NCBI GenBank assembly: GCA_017412085.1
Contig: JAFPYS010000019.1
Span: 17,869-81,868, forward strand
DNA from: Alphaproteobacteria bacterium
GTDB lineage: Bacteria; Pseudomonadota; Alphaproteobacteria; CAAHEQ01; UBA3637
Reading direction: 5' to 3'
DNA length: 64,000 nucleotides
Both the position numbers and the translations under genes were made by a program. Below, in pieces: positions 8,902 to 18,496 of the stretch (positions within the stretch are counted from its first letter, which is position 1; each line of letters starts with the position of its first letter). The notes under the pieces were generated by a model, which saw only the letters and a list, made by a program, of their open reading frames with translations, did no database searches and was not told where the DNA came from.

Positions 8902-10890
8902 CTAAATATCCAAATTTTCAACAAATTTGGCGTGTTCTTGGATGAATTGGAAACGATATTCTGGCTTGTTTCCCATTAATTTAGAGACAATATCTTTTGT
9001 ATAAGCCGACTCTTCTTGTTCTTCTTCACTGGTGGGAGATTTACTGGGCACCAAAACTTTTAATAAGGTGCGCTTTGCTGGATCCATAGTTGTTTCCTTT
9101 AATTGATAAGGCGGCATTTCGCCCAATCCTTTAAATCGAGATACTTCCACATTTTTACCCTTGAATGTAGTTGCCAACAGCTTATCTTTTTCGGCATCAT
9201 CTTGCGCATAAACAGATTTTCCACCTTGTGTAATACGATACAAAGGGGGCAGGGCCAAGAATAAATGGCCATTTTCAATCAGTTTTGGCATCTCTTGATA
9301 GAAGAAACTCATTAACAGGCTGGCAATATGGGCGCCGTCCACATCCGCATCCGTCATAACAATCACCTTTTCATAGCGCAGCTTGCTTTCATCATATTTA
9401 TCACGATGACCGCATCCCAGGGCCTCAATCATATCATTGATTTCTTCATTAGCATGAATTTTGTCCTGACTGGCTGAAATCACATTCAAAATCTTGCCGC
9501 GCAGAGGCAAAATAGCTTGATGTGTACGATTGCGTGCTTGTTTGGCGGATCCGCCGGCGGAATCACCTTCAACCAGGAATAATTCTGTACCTTCGACAGA
9601 TTTGTGTGAACAGTCGGCCAATTTGCCGGGCAAACGCAGTTTTTTGGTGGCGCTGGCACGCTGTGTTTCTACAGCCTTTTTGTGGCGTTTGCGTTCTTCG
9701 GAGCGCTCAATAATCCACTCCAATAAAGCTGTTGCCGACTTTGTATCGCGGCTGAGCCAATGATCAAACGGATCTTTCATCGCGTTCTCAACCAACTTGG
9801 TGGCACTTGTTGTCACAAGGCGTTCTTTTGTTTGGCCCTGGAATTGAGGGTCACGAATAAAGACAGACAACATGACGGCGGCTGTGTTCAAAATATCGTC
9901 GCTTGTTACATCTCCGGCGCGTTTGTTCCCAATCATATCCGCAAAGGCCTTGATCCCTTTTGTTAGGCAAATTTTCATCCCAGTTGTATGTGTCCCACCC
10001 AAAGGCGTTGGCACGGTATTACAATAAGATTGTTCGAATGCATCACCAAAATCATCTGGCCAACAAATTGCCCATTCCACAGCACCTTGATTGTCCGGAA
10101 AATCAACGCGTCCAGTGAAAGGTTTCGTAACTTGAGAACGATCTTTCATCAAAAAGTCCAAATAATCAGCTATACCATTGGGGAATTTTAAAACTTGTTC
10201 AACAGGTGTTTTGTCTTCTCCCTGAATCAATTCTGGCGCACAATTCCAACGCACCTCCACACCGCGGAACAGGAAGGCCTTTTGGCGTGCCATACGGAAC
10301 AGGGTGGCCGGCTTAAATTTAATGCTTTCGCCAAAGATTTCTGTGTCGGGCAAAAAGCGCACACTTGTGCCGCGCCGATTGGAAACGCTGCCCAAACATT
10401 GGACAGGGGTTAGGGGCTTTCCTTTTGCATATTCTTGGCGATAAAGTTGTTTGTCTTTGGCAACTTCAATAATCATGTGGCTGGACAAAGCGTTTACAGC
10501 GGACAAACCAACACCATGCAAACCACCGGAAACGTTATAGGCTCCACCACCAAATTTACCGCCGGAATGGAGTGTCGTTGTAATGACTTCTAGGGCGGAT
10601 TTGTCGGGGAACTTTGGATGAGGGTCAACGGGGATACCACGTCCATTATCACGGACCGTGACATAATTATCAGCATCCAACGATACTTCAATGTTTGTTG
10701 CATAGCCAGCGACAGCTTCATCCATAGCGTTGTCGATGATTTCGGCAACCAAATGATGATAGGCGCGTTCGTCAATGCCGCCAATATACATGCCTGGACG
10801 TTTGCGGACGGGTTCCAAACCTTCCAAGACTTCAATATCTTTAGCAGAATAGCTGTTTTTTGTTTCTGTGGCTTCAAATAAATCGCTCAT
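8902..10890 (-). CDS. parE: DNA topoisomerase IV subunit B
   Basis: Has a GHKL ATPase N-terminus (EIIDNAMDE, GLHGVG) and TOPRIM (EGDSAGG, DADVDGAHI). It is 662 aa from the ATG at 10890 (GGAGGT SD). The short length, without the proteobacterial GyrB insertion, favours ParE over GyrB. Confidence 0.85.
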   Translation of the reverse strand: MSDLFEATETKNSYSAKDIEVLEGLEPVRKRPGMYIGGIDERAYHHLVAEIIDNAMDEAVAGYATNIEVSLDADNYVTVRDNGRGIPVDPHPKFPDKSALEVITTTLHSGGKFGGGAYNVSGGLHGVGLSAVNALSSHMIIEVAKDKQLYRQEYAKGKPLTPVQCLGSVSNRRGTSVRFLPDTEIFGESIKFKPATLFRMARQKAFLFRGVEVRWNCAPELIQGEDKTPVEQVLKFPNGIADYLDFLMKDRSQVTKPFTGRVDFPDNQGAVEWAICWPDDFGDAFEQSYCNTVPTPLGGTHTTGMKICLTKGIKAFADMIGNKRAGDVTSDDILNTAAVMLSVFIRDPQFQGQTKERLVTTSATKLVENAMKDPFDHWLSRDTKSATALLEWIIERSEERKRHKKAVETQRASATKKLRLPGKLADCSHKSVEGTELFLVEGDSAGGSAKQARNRTHQAILPLRGKILNVISASQDKIHANEEINDMIEALGCGHRDKYDESKLRYEKVIVMTDADVDGAHIASLLMSFFYQEMPKLIENGHLFLALPPLYRITQGGKSVYAQDDAEKDKLLATTFKGKNVEVSRFKGLGEMPPYQLKETTMDPAKRTLLKVLVPSKSPTSEEEQEESAYTKDIVSKLMGNKPEYRFQFIQEHAKFVENLDI

Positions 10891-10891
10891 G

Positions 10892-11344
10892 TTACCTCCG
10901 CTGAGTACTGTCATGTCCACCGGCATTATAACGACCGAAGTTATCAGCTAATTGTTGTAAGACAGATAATTCCTTGCCGCCTACCTTTGTGATATCGGAT
11001 TCATAGGCAACATTCTTTGCATCATCCAGGGTCAAGTGCTGGATGTCTGAAACTTTCCCCTTTTGGAATGTATAGACATAAACATCACGTTCAACAACTT
11101 TGGGATCAAAGAAAATACAGCTTTCTTTTTTTGCCTCAGCATAAAATAAGACGTCTCCAACACCTTCCGCCGCGTTACTTTCATAATTTGGCGTACCTAA
11201 TACACGCAATACTTTTTCTTTTGAATCGCCAACCTTAACGGACTCTAAGCGCGCAGAGGCGGGCAAATCGCTGGATTTATATTTTTCCAAACCGCAGGCG
11301 GTTAAACATAAAATACTTGAAAGTAAAAATACAATCTTGAACAT
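10892..11344 (-). CDS. bamE: Outer membrane assembly lipoprotein BamE (SmpA/OmlA family)
   Basis: The signal peptide has a lipobox (LCLTAC) and there is an SmpA/OmlA-like block VKVGDSKEKVLRVLGTPN. The start was chosen at the second ATG (11344) by SD spacing. Confidence 0.72.
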   Translation of the reverse strand: MFKIVFLLSSILCLTACGLEKYKSSDLPASARLESVKVGDSKEKVLRVLGTPNYESNAAEGVGDVLFYAEAKKESCIFFDPKVVERDVYVYTFQKGKVSDIQHLTLDDAKNVAYESDITKVGGKELSVLQQLADNFGRYNAGGHDSTQRR

Positions 11345-11400
11345 TTTCATCCTTTTTGTTATTATAATAATCATAATATAGAAAAGAAAGGCGTTCGTCA

Positions 11401-11910
11401 ATGGAAAAAAGCAAAAAGAATGAAAAAGGTTTAAATAGAATTCTGTTTTTAGGTGAAATTGGACCTAATGGATGGAAAGAAGACTTTGTTGCCACGCCGG
11501 CGCAATGTGCGAAAATCGCAGAGCGTTTTGAAATTCCTGCCGTAAAAAGTTTACAAGCACATGTGGCAGCCGCGATTGACGGGGACTTAATTCGGGTGTT
11601 TGGACATATTAAAGCAGATTTGGAACGTACTTGTGTGGTGTCTTTGGATTTGTGCAAAGAGGTTTTAGACACTGATTTTGAAGCGCTATTTGCGGAAAAT
11701 ATAGAAGTTATTAAAGATGGAGAGATGACGGATGATGTTGAGCCTGTTGATCGAGGGCGGTTGGATATTTTTGAAATTATAGCTGAGCAAGTTGGCCTGA
11801 ATATGAATCCGTTTCCACATAAAGTAGATATATCTGGTGATTATATCGAAGAGAAGGGGACTAAAAATCGTCCTTTTGCGAATTTAAAAAATCTGATAAA
11901 AAAGGATTGA
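11401..11910 (+). CDS. YceD/DUF177 family protein
   Basis: 169 aa, acidic, with a DUF177-like layout and conserved Cys/Asp blocks. It lies divergent from bamE. The family call is from memory of the family pattern only. Confidence 0.65.
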   Translation: MEKSKKNEKGLNRILFLGEIGPNGWKEDFVATPAQCAKIAERFEIPAVKSLQAHVAAAIDGDLIRVFGHIKADLERTCVVSLDLCKEVLDTDFEALFAENIEVIKDGEMTDDVEPVDRGRLDIFEIIAEQVGLNMNPFPHKVDISGDYIEEKGTKNRPFANLKNLIKKD

Positions 11911-11935
11911 CAAGTTATTTTCATTTTGATATAAT
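11907..11935 (+). promoter_or_regulatory. Consensus sigma-70 promoter for rpmH-rnpA-yidD
   Basis: TTGACA (11907-11912), a 17-nt spacer and TATAAT (11930-11935). The -35 overlaps the yceD stop codon. Confidence 0.65.
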
Positions 11936-11968
11936 GAATCTACTAGTTTTTTTAATAAAGGAGTTTAC

Positions 11969-12109
11969 ATGTCAACAAAACAAACATATCAACCCAGTAA
12001 ATTGGTGCGTACGCGTCGTCATGGTTTCCGTGCTCGTATGGAAACAAAGGGCGGACAGAAGGTTTTGAATGCCCGTCGTGCCAAAGGTCGCAAAAAAATT
12101 GCTGTCTAA
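11969..12109 (+). CDS. rpmH: 50S ribosomal protein L34
   Basis: Not in the ORF track (46 aa). Translation is [46 protein letters not shown], which matches the L34 pattern (HGFRARM, RRAKGRK). An AAAGGAG SD precedes it and rnpA follows, as is usual. Confidence 0.93.
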   Translation: MSTKQTYQPSKLVRTRRHGFRARMETKGGQKVLNARRAKGRKKIAV

Positions 12110-12131
12110 GGGTTAGGGATTTGAGATAGAA

Positions 12132-12166
12132 AGCACCCACTTCAATCAGGACGGGTGCTTTTTTTG
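12132..12166 (+). terminator. Rho-independent terminator/attenuator after rpmH
   Basis: Stem AGCACCC / GGGTGCT followed by a run of T. Confidence 0.7.
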
Positions 12167-12179
12167 TGAAAGGTATATA

Positions 12180-12542
12180 ATGACATTGGGACGTATGAAG
12201 CGACACTTTGATTTTTTGGAGATGCGTGAAGCGCCCACAAAGGCGTTTACAAAATCCTTTGTGTTGCAAGTGCGTCCAAACGACAAAGGGGTAACCCGCG
12301 TTGGCTTTACCGTGTCTAAGCGGATTTCTAAATTAGCGGTGGTACGTAACCGGCTGCGTCGTCAAATGCGTGAGGTTGTGCGTTTGTCCCCGGATATACA
12401 GACAAAGTATCCATCACATGATCTTGTCCTGATTGCTAAAGGTGAAGCCTTGAATCGTGATTATACTCAATTAACAAAAGATTTTGCGTATTTATTGGAT
12501 CATGTTCATGAGGTCGCAGATGATAAAAAAGATAATGGCTAG
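12180..12542 (+). CDS. rnpA: Ribonuclease P protein component
   Basis: 120 aa and basic, with an RNR-motif-like block AVVRNRLRRQMRE. It sits downstream of rpmH. Confidence 0.88.
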   Translation: MTLGRMKRHFDFLEMREAPTKAFTKSFVLQVRPNDKGVTRVGFTVSKRISKLAVVRNRLRRQMREVVRLSPDIQTKYPSHDLVLIAKGEALNRDYTQLTKDFAYLLDHVHEVADDKKDNG

Positions 12543-12732
12543 TCTAATCCGATTTTATCAGTTAACTTTTTCCAGTTTGGTCGGGCATTGTTGCCGTTTT
12601 CAGCCGACATGCTCTGAATATGCAAAAGAGGCATATCAAAAGTATGGTATTATAAAGGGAACATATCTGACGGTATGGCGATTGTTGCGCTGCCATCCGT
12701 GGGCAAAAGGTGGCTATGATCCGGTTCCCTGA
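12520..12732 (+). CDS. yidD: Membrane protein insertion efficiency factor YidD
   Basis: YidD signature RFQPTCSEYAKEA...RCHPWAKGGYDPVP. The start is at ATG 12520 (GAGG SD) and overlaps the rnpA 3' end. Confidence 0.88.
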   Translation: MIKKIMASLIRFYQLTFSSLVGHCCRFQPTCSEYAKEAYQKYGIIKGTYLTVWRLLRCHPWAKGGYDPVP

Positions 12733-12882
12733 TTTTATATGATTTTAAAACCTATTTCAGACACAGTGTTTTTACCTTGTGTATTTGTATGTGAACGTTT
12801 TATCTAAAAAAGTGAAAAAATCAAGTGCTTTTTTCCTTAAAATCGGGTATGATAAAAGACGAATCGAAGGGGTAAAATAAAA

Positions 12883-14082
12883 ATGCATTTAAAATCAGTG
12901 GGTTGTTTGTTGCTGTTGATTGTTGGTGTTGTGGCAAAGGATGCCTGCGCTATGGATGATTTTACCCTTTGGAAGCAAAATTTTAGACAAGAAGCCTTAC
13001 ATGCCGGCGTTTCCACCGCAACATTGAATAAGTTTTTACCCCGAATGAAATTGTTGCCCCAAGTGGTTCAAGCGGATAAAAAGCAGCCTGAATTTGTTTC
13101 AACATTTTGGGAATATACAGATGCACGTTTAACACAAGGACGAATTGATCAAGGCAAGATGTTGTTAAAACGTTATCCGACATGGTTAAAAAGAATTTCT
13201 GATACCTATAATGTACCGGCGGAATATATCTTGGCGTTTTGGGGATTAGAAACGAATTATGGAAAAATAACAGGAAACACGGATGTTTTAAATGCCTTAA
13301 CGACATTGGCATATAATCCACGTCGCCGGAAATTCTTTACCCGCGAATTGATTGCGTTTTTGAAAATTTTGGAACAAGAAAGATGGGATTCTGTCCAAGG
13401 CTCTTGGGCGGGGGCTTTTGGACAATTTCAATTTATGCCAACAACATTTGAGACATACGCTGTTGATGCCGATAAAAATGGATCGCGCAATATCTTAACA
13501 AGCATGCCGGATGCCTTTGCTTCTGCGGCAAACTATCTTCACAAAATGGGTTGGGATCCAGCGGAAAGTTGGGGACAGGAAGTACAATTGCCAGTGCATT
13601 TAAACTGGACGGCTGTCTATAAAAACAAAGAAAAAACGCTTGCTGAGTGGCAAGCTTTGGGAATTTTACCTGTGGCGGGCGCCTGGCGGTCAGACAATCA
13701 GACGAAAGCTTCATTGCTGATGCCTATGGGAAAGTCTGGGCCTGCATTTTTGACCTTTCCGAATTTTAAGCGTGTAATGCGATGGAATAAATCAGAACTT
13801 TATGCTTTATCTGTTTGTTTTTTGGCCGATATCTTAGCGGATGATTGGAATGGTATTGCGCATCCACGGACAGAGCAAAGATTATCAACTGCGCAAGTTT
13901 ATGAAATCCAAGATCGTTTGGCAAGTTTGGGGTATTACCAGAACGTGCCAGATGGTTTGGTCGGTAGCAAAACCCACCGTGCTATTATGGCTTTTCAACA
14001 TGATAAAGGGGTTGATGAAGACGGATATCCAAGCAAAGAATTGCTTGATTTATTAAATACTTATAGAAAGGAGTTAAATTAA
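12883..14082 (+). CDS. Lytic murein transglycosylase (MltB/Slt35-like) with C-terminal peptidoglycan-binding domain
   Basis: Has a signal peptide, MltB-family blocks (WGLETNYG, GAFGQFQFMP) and a C-terminal PG_binding_1-like repeat (LASLGYY...DGLVGSKTHRAIMAFQ). Confidence 0.85.
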   Translation: MHLKSVGCLLLLIVGVVAKDACAMDDFTLWKQNFRQEALHAGVSTATLNKFLPRMKLLPQVVQADKKQPEFVSTFWEYTDARLTQGRIDQGKMLLKRYPTWLKRISDTYNVPAEYILAFWGLETNYGKITGNTDVLNALTTLAYNPRRRKFFTRELIAFLKILEQERWDSVQGSWAGAFGQFQFMPTTFETYAVDADKNGSRNILTSMPDAFASAANYLHKMGWDPAESWGQEVQLPVHLNWTAVYKNKEKTLAEWQALGILPVAGAWRSDNQTKASLLMPMGKSGPAFLTFPNFKRVMRWNKSELYALSVCFLADILADDWNGIAHPRTEQRLSTAQVYEIQDRLASLGYYQNVPDGLVGSKTHRAIMAFQHDKGVDEDGYPSKELLDLLNTYRKELN

Positions 14083-14999
14083 TGATTAAATATGTTTTAT
14101 TGCTGACAACAGCGTTAACTTTAAGTGCTTGTACCTCAAGTTCTTTGTTTGAATCATGGGAAGAAGAAGAGCCAAATACGGCAGATACGGTGATTCCAAA
14201 TGGAAGTTTTTATAAGGTGGAAAAACCATATGAGATTAATGGTGTTTGGTATTTCCCGGCCGAAAATTATGACTATTCAGAAAAAGGTTTGGCTTCATGG
14301 TACATGCCAGCCAACGGCCGTGCGGCGAAGACTGCAAATGGTGAGGAATATATTGCCACAGAAATGACAGCACGCCATAAAACTTTACCATTGCCAAGTA
14401 TTGTTAAAATTACAAATCTGGAAAATAACAAAAGTATCATTGCGCGTGTTAACGATCGCGGCCCAATGGTCAACAATCGTTTAATTGATGTTTCACAAAA
14501 GGCTGCTCAAGAATTGGGCTTCCCTGTGACAGGAACAACCTCTGTAATGGTGGAAGTGATGCCAAAAGAAAGTCAGGAAATTCGTGATGCATTGTTGGCT
14601 TCCGGTCGTGTCTACACGGAAGATGGCGCAACACAAGAATTGTCTGTTGTGCCTCCAATGCCAGTTCCAGTAGAAGAAGCTCCCGCTGTGGAGGTTGCGC
14701 CAGCACCAGTTTATACGCCAGCTGAACCTGTTTATACAACAAAGACCAAGAAAGTTGTGATTTCTGGTGGAACGGGTAATGTGTATATTCAATTGGGTGC
14801 CTATGGTGATCCCGCAAATGCATCAAAAGTACAACGTGCAGTATCAGCGGTGACACAGGTTGAGACGGGCACAAAGGCAAGCGGTGGAAGAACTTTAACT
14901 GTTGTGAAAGCCGGACCTTACGCTGACAAAGCAGAAGCTGAACAAGTTTTACGCCAGTTAAAGCAAATGGGATACCGTGACGCGTATATCGCAAAATAA
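14082..14999 (+). CDS. rlpA: Septal ring lytic transglycosylase RlpA family lipoprotein with SPOR domain
   Basis: Has a lipobox (LTLSAC), the RlpA double-psi beta-barrel block (ASWYMP...TANGE...ARVNDRGP) and a C-terminal SPOR-like domain (YIQLGAY...GPYADKAEAEQ). Confidence 0.88.
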   Translation: MIKYVLLLTTALTLSACTSSSLFESWEEEEPNTADTVIPNGSFYKVEKPYEINGVWYFPAENYDYSEKGLASWYMPANGRAAKTANGEEYIATEMTARHKTLPLPSIVKITNLENNKSIIARVNDRGPMVNNRLIDVSQKAAQELGFPVTGTTSVMVEVMPKESQEIRDALLASGRVYTEDGATQELSVVPPMPVPVEEAPAVEVAPAPVYTPAEPVYTTKTKKVVISGGTGNVYIQLGAYGDPANASKVQRAVSAVTQVETGTKASGGRTLTVVKAGPYADKAEAEQVLRQLKQMGYRDAYIAK

Positions 15000-15008
15000 G
15001 GAGAAAGA

Positions 15009-16139
15009 ATGAAAAAGCTGTTATTAGTTTCGTTGCTGCTTGGATCCACAATTCTTCATGCTGAGGAATTGTCGACAGCGGCATCGCATGCGTTGTTGAT
15101 GGATGCTGACACTGGCACCGTTTTGTTTGAAAAAAATGCCGATGAAAAAATGCACCCTGCCTCAATGAGTAAACTGATGACAGCTTATCTTATTTTTGAA
15201 GCCTTGAAAAAAGGACAATATACCTTAGATTCGGAATTTGTTGTATCGGACAATGCATGGGAGAAAGGAGGCGCCAAGACAGGTGGCTCAACGATGTTCC
15301 TTAATCCGAAGCAATCTGTAAAAATTCGAGATCTGCTGCGCGGGATTATTGTGCAATCAGGGAATGATGCATGTATTGTGGCGGCCGAAGGGATTGCTGG
15401 ATCCGAAGAAGCATTTGCTCAAATGATGAACGCAAAAGCTAAGAAGTTGGGATTACAAAATTCATCGTTCAGAAATGCCACAGGCTTACCAAATCCAGAT
15501 CATCTAATGAGCGCGAAAGATTTGGCCTTATTGGCTCAACATCTTATTAATGATTTTCCAGAATATTATCCCATCTATTCGGAAAAGGAGTTCACTTACA
15601 ATAAGATTAAACAACAAAATCGCAACCCTTTGTTGACGCAAATGCCAGGGGCAGATGGTTTGAAAACAGGGCATACGGAAGAATCAGGTTATGGCTTGAC
15701 GGGTTCCGTGAAGACCGCGGATGGTCGCCGGTTGATTATGGTTATTAATGGTCTTAAAACAATGGCAGATCGTGCAAAGGAATCACAAAAAGTGATGAGT
15801 TGGGGAATCGCAAATTTTGAAAATGCGGCCGTTTTATCACCGGATAAGCCCTTGGTTGATGTTCCTGTTTGGTTGGGAAAAGAACTGACAGTTTCTGGGG
15901 TGCCGGCTTCAAAGCTTGTCAAAACCATTCACCGATGGGATACTCCAGAAATTAAATCTGTTGTACGTTTTAATGCCCCTGTAAAAGCGCCGATCCAGCA
16001 AGGACAAAAGCTTGGGGTTATTACAACAACAATGCCAGATGGAGAGGAGATTACAACGGATTTGATTGCACAGAAATCTGTGGAAAAGTTGGGGTATTTC
16101 GCAAAAATAAAAGCGCTAATTTTGGGAAGGAAGGAATAA
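15009..16139 (+). CDS. dacC: D-alanyl-D-alanine carboxypeptidase (PBP5/6 class)
   Basis: Has a signal peptide and the SxxK (SMSKLMT), SGN (QSGND) and KTG (LKTGHT) motifs. A C-terminal PBP5 domain is also present. Confidence 0.9.
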   Translation: MKKLLLVSLLLGSTILHAEELSTAASHALLMDADTGTVLFEKNADEKMHPASMSKLMTAYLIFEALKKGQYTLDSEFVVSDNAWEKGGAKTGGSTMFLNPKQSVKIRDLLRGIIVQSGNDACIVAAEGIAGSEEAFAQMMNAKAKKLGLQNSSFRNATGLPNPDHLMSAKDLALLAQHLINDFPEYYPIYSEKEFTYNKIKQQNRNPLLTQMPGADGLKTGHTEESGYGLTGSVKTADGRRLIMVINGLKTMADRAKESQKVMSWGIANFENAAVLSPDKPLVDVPVWLGKELTVSGVPASKLVKTIHRWDTPEIKSVVRFNAPVKAPIQQGQKLGVITTTMPDGEEITTDLIAQKSVEKLGYFAKIKALILGRKE

Positions 16140-16140
16140 A

Positions 16141-16788
16141 ATGGCTGGACGCTTTATTACATTTGAAGGGGGAGAAGGGTCTGGGAAGTCAACCCAAATT
16201 AAATTGTTAGCGGAAGAGCTGATAAAAGCAGGTAGGGATGTCCTTACGACCCGGGAGCCCGGTGGAACGGCAGAGGGTGTGAAAATCAGGGAAATTCTTG
16301 TTACAGGGAATGCCGATTTTACACGCACAACGGAGACATTATTATTTTTTGCGGATAGATGTGAACACGTTATGAAAAAGATTATGCCGGCGGTTAAAGC
16401 GGGACAGATTGTGTTGTGTGATCGTTTTGCGGACAGCACGATGGCCTATCAAGGCTATGGATATGGAGATAATCCCGATCAGCAGCAATTAATTAAAAGC
16501 CTGTATAAGGAAGTGGTGGGCGATTTTAAGCCGGACTTGACTATTTTATTGGATGTTCCGGTAGAAACCGGATTAAGCCGGAGCCGTCGAGCAGATAATA
16601 TAGAGGTGCGTTTTGAAAACAAAGAATTGGCATTTCATGAGCGTTTGCGCCAGGCCTATTTGAAAATGGCGAACGATGAGCCAGAGCGTTTTGCAATTGT
16701 GGACGCAACCCAGCCAATTCCAGAAATTCATGATCAGATTATGAAGATTATTGAGCAACGGGGCTTGTTAAAAGCGGAGAAGGTCTAA
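16141..16788 (+). CDS. tmk: Thymidylate kinase
   Basis: Has the P-loop FEGGEGSGKST, the TREPGGT motif and a DRF...S lid region. Confidence 0.93.
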   Translation: MAGRFITFEGGEGSGKSTQIKLLAEELIKAGRDVLTTREPGGTAEGVKIREILVTGNADFTRTTETLLFFADRCEHVMKKIMPAVKAGQIVLCDRFADSTMAYQGYGYGDNPDQQQLIKSLYKEVVGDFKPDLTILLDVPVETGLSRSRRADNIEVRFENKELAFHERLRQAYLKMANDEPERFAIVDATQPIPEIHDQIMKIIEQRGLLKAEKV

Positions 16789-16790
16789 TT

Positions 16791-17723
16791 ATGTACGAAA
16801 AAGAGCGTGCTCAGATAGTTGATTCTTTAAGAGACGGTGCTGCAAAATCTTGGATTATTGTTGGCCCGCATGGTGTGGGCAAGGAAGATTTTGCCAAAAA
16901 TGTGGTGAAGGTCTTGACGCACGACTTTAACGAATATAACCCCTGTGTTCAATGGATTAGCTGTGGTTTGACGGATGCGGCCAAAAAAGAGATTCAAAAA
17001 GCTATTTTGGCGGGTGAAAAAATAGAAGACAAAGAGTGGGCAACGAAAACGGAAATCACTGTTGATGATGTACGGGAAGGATGCCATTTTTTGTCACTAA
17101 AATCCAATAAAATCAAAATTCTAGTTTTTAATTTAGCGGATGATATGAATGAAAATGCCCAAAACGCTTTGTTAAAAACATTGGAAGAGCCGTATCCAAA
17201 CACCTTAATATTGTTGCTATGCGAAAATATTGGCAAGTTGGTTCGAACGATTTTATCGCGTTGCCAAAAAATTACTTTAAAGGCTCCCAGTAAAGAAGAG
17301 TTTAAGAAAGAATTGTTGAAGACTCATCCAGAGTTATCGGAGACAGAATTGGATCTTTTATCTTTTCTTGCTGATAATGTGCCGGGAATGGGCAAAGAGA
17401 TTGTTGAACAAGATGGCCTGGCGATTTTTGATCGTGTGCAGCATTTATTTGTTAGGCGAGATCAGTTGGATGCTCAAGATTTATTATTGTTTTCTGAACA
17501 GGTTTCCAAAAATGAAAATGTATTTGATTTAACCCAAAAAATTATTTTGAAATGCCTAACTGCTTTGGCTGAAAAATATGTTGCAATAGATATGGAAAAA
17601 GCATATAAATTAAGTAATCTGTACGAAGAAATGAAGCTTTATTTTACCCAAATAGATTCAATGAATCTTGATAAAAAACAGGCTCTTGTTTCGATTGTTT
17701 ATCAAATATCGGAGGCGCTATGA
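16791..17723 (+). CDS. holB: DNA polymerase III subunit delta prime
   Basis: Has a degenerate AAA+ P-loop (GPHGVGK), a sensor block NALLKTLEEP and SRCQ. It sits after tmk. Confidence 0.85.
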   Translation: MYEKERAQIVDSLRDGAAKSWIIVGPHGVGKEDFAKNVVKVLTHDFNEYNPCVQWISCGLTDAAKKEIQKAILAGEKIEDKEWATKTEITVDDVREGCHFLSLKSNKIKILVFNLADDMNENAQNALLKTLEEPYPNTLILLLCENIGKLVRTILSRCQKITLKAPSKEEFKKELLKTHPELSETELDLLSFLADNVPGMGKEIVEQDGLAIFDRVQHLFVRRDQLDAQDLLLFSEQVSKNENVFDLTQKIILKCLTALAEKYVAIDMEKAYKLSNLYEEMKLYFTQIDSMNLDKKQALVSIVYQISEAL

Positions 17724-18496
17724 CGATAGATAGTCATTGCCATTTAGATCAAGCAGATTATGAAGAACCGGTTGATTTCGTTATTCAACGGGCAGAGGCA
17801 GCTGGTGTTGACCATATAATGGCGGTCGCTTGTAATCCTGATGATTTTGAAGAATTATCGAAACAATTGAAACAACATGCTTGTTTATATGGCGCCTTTG
17901 GGATTCATCCGGAATATGCCCATAAACAACACGATCTGGATAATTTGAAAAAGTGCTTGATAGAAAATCGGGCTGTTGCTTTGGGAGAATGTGGATTGGA
18001 TTACCATGAAGCAGAGGCTACACATGAACAACAACAAGATCTTTTTCAAAAGCAAATTGATTTAGCCCATCAAATGCATTTGCCTTTGATGATACATGCG
18101 CGCGATGCGGAAGGCGATATGCGAGCAATCTTGAAACAAGCCTACAAGGCGGGCAAATTAACGGATGGGTTTGTTTTGCATTGTTTTTCTGGCAGTGCTG
18201 ATATGGCGCGTGAAGCGGTTGAAATGGGGGGATTTTTGTCTGCTTCTGGTGTGATTACATTTAAAAATGCTGAACGGGTGAGAGAGATTTTTGCCCAAAT
18301 TCCGCTTGCAAATTTATTGGTTGAAACAGATGCGCCTTATCTGGCTCCACATCCTTTGCGGGGGAAGCCAAATGAACCAGCTTATGTGCAGTACACTTTG
18401 GCCAAGTTGGCGGAAATTAAGGGCGTTTCTGTGAAAGAAATGGAAAAAATAACAACAGAAAATTTTGGTAGATTATACCTGAAAGGACAACAATGA
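17720..18496 (+). CDS. TatD family hydrolase
   Basis: Shows the TatD metal-ligand pattern (DSHCHL, GECGLDY, IHARDA, HCFSG, ETDAPYL). Confidence 0.9.
   Translation: MTIDSHCHLDQADYEEPVDFVIQRAEAAGVDHIMAVACNPDDFEELSKQLKQHACLYGAFGIHPEYAHKQHDLDNLKKCLIENRAVALGECGLDYHEAEATHEQQQDLFQKQIDLAHQMHLPLMIHARDAEGDMRAILKQAYKAGKLTDGFVLHCFSGSADMAREAVEMGGFLSASGVITFKNAERVREIFAQIPLANLLVETDAPYLAPHPLRGKPNEPAYVQYTLAKLAEIKGVSVKEMEKITTENFGRLYLKGQQ

Noticed and set aside
11277-11672. 131-aa minus-strand ORF bridging the bamE 5' end and yceD
   Set aside because: It overlaps two better-supported genes on both strands and crosses their divergent promoter region. It has no SD.
14470-15165. 231-aa minus-strand ORF, the longest unassigned ORF in the track
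   Set aside because: It is entirely antisense to the rlpA 3' half and the dacC 5' end, both of which have clear family motifs. Its translation is His/Gln/Leu/Pro-rich, typical of an antisense frame.
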